From the NCBI GenBank assembly GCA_002720635.1, contig PBJD01000014.1, positions 2,536 through 66,535 of the forward strand: DNA of 64,000 bases. The letters run 5' to 3'. Below the pieces are notes generated by a model that worked only from the letters and a program-made list of their open reading frames with translations, was not told the DNA's origin and made no database searches. This DNA comes from Flavobacteriales bacterium. Its GTDB lineage: Bacteria > Bacteroidota > Bacteroidia > Flavobacteriales_C > GCA-002722245. Below, piece after piece: positions 57,607 through 64,000 of the stretch; within the stretch, counting starts at the first letter, position 1, and the number at the start of each line of letters is the position of its first letter. A program made the translations under genes and the position numbers.

Positions 57607-60078
57607 ATGAAAAAAAGTAATTTGTTTTTAATGGCGTTATGTATCCTTTCATCATTTTCGATGTTAAGCCAATACTCCATTTCCGGAGTTGTAAAGGATA
57701 CACTAAGAAATCCGGTTTTTGGAGCTTTAGTAAAAATTGAAAATACCTATCAAGGAGTTTATACCAATCCTGATGGTGAATTTAAACTTTCGAACCTTCC
57801 AAATGGTGAATATCAAATTTCCGCTGAAATTTCAGGGAAAGAAAAAGTTATCAATACGGTTGTTATAAAAGATGCAAATGCAACAGCTAATTTCTCTCTT
57901 TCAGTTTCTCCGCAATCCCTGGATGAGGTATCTATTCAGGCGACAAGAGTTAAAGGAAATGCTCCGGTTGCCCATATTAATGTAAATAAGGAAGACTATG
58001 AGAAAATTAATTTGGGGCAGGATATTGCTTCTTTAATTAAACTCACTCCTTCAATTGTAACTACTTCAGATGCAGGAGCAGGTGTTGGATATACAGGGTT
58101 TAGAATCAGGGGATCTGATGCAACGCGGATTAATATTACTGTAAATGGTATTCCAATCAATGATGCGGAATCTCATGGAACTTTTTGGGTGAATATGCCT
58201 GATTTCGCATCCTCTACACAAAACATTCAAATTCAAAGGGGAGTAGGTTCATCTACCAACGGTGCTGCAGCCTTTGGTGCATCTGTAAATTTACAAACAG
58301 ACGTAGTTTCAGATTCAGCTTATGCAGAAGTTTCTTCCTCTTATGGTTCTTTTAATACCAATAAAAATACAATTCGACTGGGTACTGGATTGATAAACAA
58401 GCACTGGGCTATGGACGGGAGGTTGTCATCAATTTCTTCCGATGGATATCTGGATCGAGCTTCAGCAGATTTATCCTCTTATTTTTTACAAGGGGGCTAT
58501 TATGGAGAAAAAACAATTGTTAAGGCAGTTACTTTTGCAGGGAAGGAGAAAACATATCAAGCATGGTGGGGAACTCCTGAAGCGAAATTAAATAATGACA
58601 CAGCGGGTATTTCTGCAACTATTGCTAACAATGCTCCTTACGACAATAACTTTAATTCTAATCATTTAGATACCTCCGGCAGAACATATAATTTTTATTT
58701 GTATGATAATGAAGTTGATAATTACAGCCAGGATCACTATCAATTGCATTTAACTCATGAGTTTAATAATAAATTAACAGCAAATGCTTCTCTTCACTAT
58801 ACCTATGGTAGAGGATATTATGAGCAAAATCGAATAAAAGATAGTTTGTGGTTGTATGACCTTGAACCTGTTTATTCTCAAAGTGATACAATTCATACAT
58901 CAGATTTCATAAGAAGAAGATGGCTGGATAATCATTTTTATGGTGGTGTTTATAATTTAAGATACAATGGCAAGAAAGCCAATCTTATTTTGGGCGGAGG
59001 CTATAACGAATACATTGGAGACCATTTTGGTGAGATTATTTGGGCAGAGTATTCCAGTGGTTCTAAGATAAGAGATCAATTTTATACCAACAGAGGTAAA
59101 AAAACAGATTTTAATTCTTACATAAAATCTGAGATAAATTTAGCAAAAAAAGTAAATGCATTTATTGATCTTCAAGTCAGAAGTATAGGGTACTCAAATA
59201 GTGGTAAGGATTTCGGTGATAAAATTGGAACCAGACAAATCGATGTAGATACATCTTTTACATTTTTTAATCCAAAGTTTGGTTTGACATACCAAATTAA
59301 TGATGCCCTGTCAAGTTATGCTTCTTTTGGTGTAGCTAATAGAGAGCCTGTAAGAAATGATTTTATTGATAATGATAAAGATAATCAGCCCAGTCATGAA
59401 ACGCTGTTTGATTATGAAGCGGGTGCTGAAGTAAGGTTAAAAAATATATTAGGTCAGGTTAATCTATATTACATGGATTATACAAATCAGTTAGTACTTA
59501 CAGGTGCTTTGAGTGATGTGGGAAGTAATCTTAGAACTAATGTTGAAAACAGTTACAGAGCGGGAATAGAATTTGTTGGTTCTGTTAAAATAACAAATCA
59601 ATTAAGCTGGACTCTTAATACTACGCTTTCACAAAATAAGATTGCCTTATACAACGAGGATATCATTCGTTATAATTCTGATTGGACAGAAGATACTATT
59701 CAGATTCCGCATACAAATACGGATATTTCCTTATCTCCATCTATTATTGTTGGAAGTTTAATTTCCTATCAACCCACCAAAGGGCTGGAGTTAGGATTAC
59801 AAACTAAATATGTAGGCAAGCAATATCTGGACAATACGCAAAGTGATGATAGGGATCTTCCTGCTTATTTGGTTAGTGACTTTATCGCCAGTTATAGTAC
59901 TTCATGTTTAATGCTTAAGCAGGTTCAGTTTAACCTGTTGGTAAATAATATTTTTAATGAAATGTACAGCAGTAATGGATATACCTGGGGGTTTATTTCA
60001 GGGGGGAGAGTTAGTGAGAACTGGTTATATCCACAAGCTGGAACAAACTTCTTGGCCGGTGTGACAATTAAATTTTAA
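57607..60078 (+). CDS. TonB-dependent receptor (CarboxypepD_reg-like N-domain + plug + barrel), TPP-riboswitch-controlled, putative thiamin/precursor uptake
   Basis: Signal peptide. Plug motifs. C-terminal ...GVTIKF. Confidence 0.85.
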   Translation: MKKSNLFLMALCILSSFSMLSQYSISGVVKDTLRNPVFGALVKIENTYQGVYTNPDGEFKLSNLPNGEYQISAEISGKEKVINTVVIKDANATANFSLSVSPQSLDEVSIQATRVKGNAPVAHINVNKEDYEKINLGQDIASLIKLTPSIVTTSDAGAGVGYTGFRIRGSDATRINITVNGIPINDAESHGTFWVNMPDFASSTQNIQIQRGVGSSTNGAAAFGASVNLQTDVVSDSAYAEVSSSYGSFNTNKNTIRLGTGLINKHWAMDGRLSSISSDGYLDRASADLSSYFLQGGYYGEKTIVKAVTFAGKEKTYQAWWGTPEAKLNNDTAGISATIANNAPYDNNFNSNHLDTSGRTYNFYLYDNEVDNYSQDHYQLHLTHEFNNKLTANASLHYTYGRGYYEQNRIKDSLWLYDLEPVYSQSDTIHTSDFIRRRWLDNHFYGGVYNLRYNGKKANLILGGGYNEYIGDHFGEIIWAEYSSGSKIRDQFYTNRGKKTDFNSYIKSEINLAKKVNAFIDLQVRSIGYSNSGKDFGDKIGTRQIDVDTSFTFFNPKFGLTYQINDALSSYASFGVANREPVRNDFIDNDKDNQPSHETLFDYEAGAEVRLKNILGQVNLYYMDYTNQLVLTGALSDVGSNLRTNVENSYRAGIEFVGSVKITNQLSWTLNTTLSQNKIALYNEDIIRYNSDWTEDTIQIPHTNTDISLSPSIIVGSLISYQPTKGLELGLQTKYVGKQYLDNTQSDDRDLPAYLVSDFIASYSTSCLMLKQVQFNLLVNNIFNEMYSSNGYTWGFISGGRVSENWLYPQAGTNFLAGVTIKF

Positions 60079-60095
60079 GTAGAATTTATTTAGAG

Positions 60096-60126
60096 AAAAA
60101 GTCAGGTGTTTTGCCTGACTTTTTTT
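60096..60126 (+). terminator. Rho-independent terminator after the TonB-dependent receptor
   Basis: Stem agtcagg / cctgact plus a T7 run. Confidence 0.75.
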
Positions 60127-60224
60127 ACAATAAACCATTCCTTTATACTCTTTAAGTGGTTCTATTACAGTAGATTATTTGCTTCTTTCGACTAAGATTT
60201 ATATTTTTTGTAAGGTAATGTAAG

Positions 60225-60875
60225 TTGTTAAACGTGAAAACAGTATCCAGATTACAATACTTTACGCAGGAAAACTTATTGTTCACTTATGAGGAACAGG
60301 TTAAACTAATATCCTCTTGTGGTTGTGATTACGTACATTTAAAAATCAAAAATTCTACTGAAAAAGGGTATTTAAAAATTGCAGAGAAATGTGTCAAAAT
60401 TGCTCATGAAAATAATTCTAAATTGATTGTTTGGGATTATCCAGATGTAGCTCTAAAGATACATGCCGATGGAATTCATTTTACTAAATGGAATTCTATT
60501 GATTCGAAAAAATTTAATATGCTCAAAGAAGAATTCTTACTAGGTTGCTCTTTAAATGCAATTGATGATGTTATTGGTCTTAAGCATGAGTTTGATTATT
60601 TGTTTTTGGGTCCTTATGAAAACAGAAATAGTAAGAATGAAAAAAATGAAAGAATTGGTATAACCGGTTATAAAACTTTGATTGATGAAATGGTTAAAAA
60701 GCAATTGTATATCCCAGTGATTGCTGCAGGTGGAATTCGTTTAACGGATGTGGCTTTTTTAGCGCCTTCAGGAATTCATGGTTTAGCGATTTCAACCGGA
60801 ATTTTAGAAGTTCATGATGTTTCTCTCGAGATAAAAAAGTTTCAGGCAGCCATTAAATCAGGTTGGGAGATTTAA
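60225..60875 (+). CDS. Thiamine-phosphate synthase family protein (ThiE/TenI-like)
   Basis: ADGIH, DYLFLGPY and IPVIAAGGI...GIHGLAISTGI align with conserved ThiE blocks (ADGIHIGQ, DYVGLGPIYPT, IPIVGIGGI). Confidence 0.65.
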   Translation: MLNVKTVSRLQYFTQENLLFTYEEQVKLISSCGCDYVHLKIKNSTEKGYLKIAEKCVKIAHENNSKLIVWDYPDVALKIHADGIHFTKWNSIDSKKFNMLKEEFLLGCSLNAIDDVIGLKHEFDYLFLGPYENRNSKNEKNERIGITGYKTLIDEMVKKQLYIPVIAAGGIRLTDVAFLAPSGIHGLAISTGILEVHDVSLEIKKFQAAIKSGWEI

Positions 60876-60887
60876 AAGTGCTTTCTG

Positions 60888-61652
60888 TCAAAAATTTATA
60901 TTGATACTTACTGGACAGTGGTCTGAGCCATACACATCGTTGTGAATTTCTGTATCTGAGATTACTTCAAGTAATCTTCTACTGGTTAAAAAATAATCGA
61001 TTCTCCATCCTGTGTTCTTAGCTCTGCTATTGAATCGGTAGCTCCACCAGCTATATTTTATTTCATCTGGGTTAAAATACCTCCAGGTATCTACAAATCC
61101 ACACTCTATAAAAGCAGATAATCCATCAATTTCTGTTTGGGTATAACCCGCTGATTTGTTGTAATTGCTTTTGGCATTTTTAATGTCCTTATCTGTGTGT
61201 GCAACGTTTAAATCACCACAAAAAACAACTGGTTTTTTAGTGTCTAATTTTTGTAAAAAAGTCAATATGTCTTTATCCCATTGGGCTCTGTAGTCTAATC
61301 TTTTCAACTCGTTTTGTGAATTGGGAACATAAGCGTTCACTAAATAAAATTCTTTGTATTCTGCAGTAATTACTCTCCCTTCCTGATCGTGTTCTTCAAT
61401 TCCTATACCATAAGTAACACCTAACGGTTCCTTTTTGGATAGTATAGCAGTCCCTGAATATCCTTTTTTTACTGCTGAGTTTATGTAAATATGAAATCCG
61501 TCAATGTCTTTTAACGCTTCAACAACTTGATTATCTTGTGCCTTTGTTTCCTGTAAACACAAAATATCGGGTGCCATAGAATTTAAAGATTCAATAAATT
61601 CTTTTTTCATTACAGCGCGTATGCCGTTGACGTTCCAGCTGATTAATTTCAT
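60888..61652 (-). CDS. xth: Exodeoxyribonuclease III
   Basis: MKLISWNVNGIRA...LCLQETK... and the C-terminal SDHCPV motif. Confidence 0.9.
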   Translation of the reverse strand: MKLISWNVNGIRAVMKKEFIESLNSMAPDILCLQETKAQDNQVVEALKDIDGFHIYINSAVKKGYSGTAILSKKEPLGVTYGIGIEEHDQEGRVITAEYKEFYLVNAYVPNSQNELKRLDYRAQWDKDILTFLQKLDTKKPVVFCGDLNVAHTDKDIKNAKSNYNKSAGYTQTEIDGLSAFIECGFVDTWRYFNPDEIKYSWWSYRFNSRAKNTGWRIDYFLTSRRLLEVISDTEIHNDVYGSDHCPVSININF

Positions 61653-61844
61653 TTTTACATTGTATTTAAGGTAAATTTAATTAATTCTGCAATAATGTCA
61701 GTAAATATGACATTAGAAATAGTCTTTAATTAATGCTCTCTGCCAACATTTCATCAAAAGCCGGGGAAATCTTAATGGCACGCAGATTGAGTATGAGTAA
61801 TCAAATTTGAATTTTTTAATAAACGAATATAAATTTTGTAAACG

Positions 61845-63746
61845 ATGAGTAAGATTATTGGAATTGATTTAGGTACAACCAATTCGTGTGTAGCGGTAAT
61901 GGAAGGGTCTGAACCTGTAGTTATAGCGAATAGTGAAGGTAAAAGAACAACACCTTCTATTGTTGCCTTTACTGGAGATGGAGAAAGAAAAATTGGAGAT
62001 CCTGCAAAACGTCAGGCGATTACCAATCCAACAAAAACGATAAATTCGATTAAGCGTTTTATGGGGACAAGTTTTGATAGAGTTTCTTCAGATGTTGAAC
62101 GAGTTCCTTATGAAGTAATTAAAGGAGATAATAATACGCCTAGAGTTAAAATAGACGATAGAAATTATACTCCTCAGGAAATATCTGCTATGATTCTTCA
62201 AAAAATGAAGTCAACAGCTAAAGACTTTTTAAGCACTGAGATTACAGAAGCTGTCATTACTGTACCAGCTTACTTTAATGATGCGCAAAGACAAGCGACT
62301 AAGGAGGCCGGTGAAATCGCAGGATTAAAAGTTCGAAGAATCATCAATGAGCCTACTGCTGCTGCTTTAGCGTATGGTATGGATAAGAAAGGAGAGGACT
62401 TAAATATTGTGGTATTTGACTGTGGTGGTGGTACACATGATGTATCAGTTCTTGAATTGGGAGATGGTGTATTTGAAGTTAAAGCTACTGATGGAGATAC
62501 TCATTTAGGAGGAGATGATTTTGATCAGGTAATTATCGACTGGCTGGCTCAAGAGTTTCAAAAGGATGAGAATGTAGATTTGAAGAAAGATCCCATGGCT
62601 CTTCAGAGATTGAAAGAAGCTGCTGAGAAGGCAAAAATTGAGTTGTCTTCTTCGACTACTACTGAAATCAACCTGCCTTATATTATGCCGGTAGATGGTA
62701 TTCCAAAACACCTTGTTAGATCTTTAACAAGAGCTAAATTTGAGCAATTAGCAGATAGTTTAATCAAGAGAACTATTGAGCCATGTAAATCAGCATTACA
62801 GAATGCAGGAGTTGATATTTCAGATATTGATGAAGTAATATTAGTAGGTGGGTCAACAAGAATTCCAGCTATTCAGGATGCAGTAAAAGCATTTTTCAAG
62901 AAAGAACCATCAAAAGGAGTTAACCCAGATGAAGTAGTTGCTTTAGGTGCCGCTATTCAAGGTGGTGTGTTAACTGGAGATGTTAAAGATGTACTTTTAC
63001 TGGATGTTATTCCACTATCATTGGGAATTGAAACAATGGGTGGTGTTTCTACAAAAATGATTGATGCAAACACAACTATTCCAACCAATAAGAAGGAAAC
63101 GTACTCTACTGCTGCTGATAATCAGCCGTCTGTTGAAATAAATATTGTTCAAGGTGAACGACCAATGGCAAAAGACAACAAGTCTCTGGGTAGGTTCCAT
63201 TTAGATGGTATCCCTCCAATGAGAAGAGGAGAACCTCAAATTGAGGTTACTTTTGATGTGGACGCTAATGGTATATTAAATGTTTCGGCAAAAGAACTAA
63301 AAACAGGAAAAGAGCAGTCTATTCGAATAGAAGCTTCCTCAGGTTTATCAGATGAGGATATCGAAAGAATGAAAAGAGAAGCTGACGAGCATGCAGAAGC
63401 GGACAAAGCTGCTAAAGAGAAAGTAGACAAAGTAAATGCTGCTGATTCGATGATTTTCTCGGTTGAAAAACAATTGGAAGAGATTAAAGATAAAGTAGAT
63501 GAAGCTAAACTTGCTCCGGTTAAAGAAGCAGTTGAGGAATTGAAAAAAGCGCATGCTGCCCAAGATATTCCTCAAATTGATGCTGCTACGGAGAAACTTA
63601 ATACAGCACTTCAGGCTATTCAGCAAGATGTTCAAGCTGCTTACGCTCAACAGCAACAAGCTGGTGATGCAGGTTCTGGTGCTGGTGAAGAAACCGGAAG
63701 TAGTGATGAAGAGGTAACAGATGTTGACTTTGAAGAAGTAAAGTAA
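61845..63746 (+). CDS. dnaK: Molecular chaperone DnaK (Hsp70)
   Basis: [22 protein letters not shown] and other Hsp70 signatures. Confidence 0.97.
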   Translation: MSKIIGIDLGTTNSCVAVMEGSEPVVIANSEGKRTTPSIVAFTGDGERKIGDPAKRQAITNPTKTINSIKRFMGTSFDRVSSDVERVPYEVIKGDNNTPRVKIDDRNYTPQEISAMILQKMKSTAKDFLSTEITEAVITVPAYFNDAQRQATKEAGEIAGLKVRRIINEPTAAALAYGMDKKGEDLNIVVFDCGGGTHDVSVLELGDGVFEVKATDGDTHLGGDDFDQVIIDWLAQEFQKDENVDLKKDPMALQRLKEAAEKAKIELSSSTTTEINLPYIMPVDGIPKHLVRSLTRAKFEQLADSLIKRTIEPCKSALQNAGVDISDIDEVILVGGSTRIPAIQDAVKAFFKKEPSKGVNPDEVVALGAAIQGGVLTGDVKDVLLLDVIPLSLGIETMGGVSTKMIDANTTIPTNKKETYSTAADNQPSVEINIVQGERPMAKDNKSLGRFHLDGIPPMRRGEPQIEVTFDVDANGILNVSAKELKTGKEQSIRIEASSGLSDEDIERMKREADEHAEADKAAKEKVDKVNAADSMIFSVEKQLEEIKDKVDEAKLAPVKEAVEELKKAHAAQDIPQIDAATEKLNTALQAIQQDVQAAYAQQQQAGDAGSGAGEETGSSDEEVTDVDFEEVK

Positions 63747-63772
63747 TTGTTTCTTTACCAAGAACATGAATA

Positions 63773-63802
63773 AAAACCTCGCTATAGGCGAGGTTTTTTT
63801 TT
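63773..63802. terminator. Rho-independent terminator after dnaK
   Basis: Stem aacctcgc / gcgaggtt plus a T9 run. Confidence 0.8.
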
Positions 63803-63806
63803 GTAA

Positions 63807-63998
63807 TTATTTGAGTTCTAACTTTTCTATGCTTTTTTCAATTAGAACTAAAGGAATTAATTTCTCTTTAATTTTATAATTAAAATCTGGTGATTTTCTA
63901 ATGAACAAAAAAAGTTCATCTTCCATTACTTCAAAAGATTCAATATTCAGATAATAGCTTTCAAAATCGTATAAAATTTCTTTTTTAAATTCAAACAT
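63807..63998 (-). CDS. Hypothetical protein (possibly 5'-partial; runs to the window end)
   Basis: Open frame only. No recognisable motif. Confidence 0.25.
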   Translation of the reverse strand: MFEFKKEILYDFESYYLNIESFEVMEDELFLFIRKSPDFNYKIKEKLIPLVLIEKSIEKLELK

Positions 63999-64000
63999 GA

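Noticed and set aside
57468-57680. Minus-strand 70-aa ORF across the riboswitch and receptor start.
   Set aside because: It is antisense to a conserved TPP aptamer and to the receptor signal peptide, so it is most likely spurious.
63348-63767. Minus-strand 139-aa ORF inside dnaK, plus other antisense ORFs in E2, nqr, clpB and the receptor genes.
   Set aside because: They lie within strongly supported genes, are low-complexity, and have no motifs. These are typical AT-rich antisense frames.
1-64000. CRISPR arrays, transposases, integrases, restriction-modification, toxin-antitoxin or other defence islands.
   Set aside because: I scanned intergenic regions and all ORF translations. I found no regularly spaced repeats, no DDE, tyrosine-recombinase, methyltransferase or nuclease signatures. 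The only mobile-element-like trace is the tRNA 3'-end repeat.

Overview
This 64 kb window is a low-GC (about 34%), gene-dense chromosomal segment that looks like Bacteroidota, most likely a Flavobacteriia-type genome. The evidence for that lineage is the Na+-NQR operon, T9SS C-terminal sorting domains, many TonB-dependent receptors and frequent ATGA-overlap gene coupling.

Most of the window is core or housekeeping:
- Operon and energy genes: nqrABCDEF and a 2-oxoacid dehydrogenase E2.
- Chaperones and stress: clpB, dnaK and a cold-shock protein.
- Nucleic-acid and recycling functions: queA, anmK, exonuclease III and a pseudouridine synthase.
- Transport and salvage: an ammonium transporter, a PnuC / NR-kinase pair, and a photolyase/cryptochrome.
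- Other: a tRNA-Val(TAC), two GT2 glycosyltransferases, a hybrid sensor kinase-response regulator, and many envelope or secreted proteins (OmpA/PD40 protein, S8 peptidase, T9SS cargo, lipoproteins, beta-barrels).

Four TonB-dependent-receptor-type genes are present. One sits behind a clear TPP riboswitch and is followed by a ThiE-like gene. One is interrupted by a single in-frame TAG.

I found no transposase, integrase, CRISPR array, restriction-modification or recognisable phage-defence genes, so I cannot point to a clear-cut novel system. The candidates most worth follow-up are:
- an 18-bp direct duplication of the tRNA-Val 3' end;
- an anciently tandem-duplicated small STAS-like gene unit, duplicated together with its terminator;
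- a translationally coupled TPR / CsgG-like + LPP20-like lipoprotein pair;
- a TPR / OM beta-barrel / glucosaminidase-LysM three-gene envelope operon;
- an odd four-gene overlapping operon of PfkB kinase, S8 peptidase, small OM barrel and PaaI thioesterase;
- a DUF4259 + zinc-ribbon membrane protein pair;
- a GT2 fused to a degenerate WbaP-like C-terminus;
- a WYL-domain regulator cut by the window edge.

All calls are by eye from the sequence and the ORF track, with no database searches.
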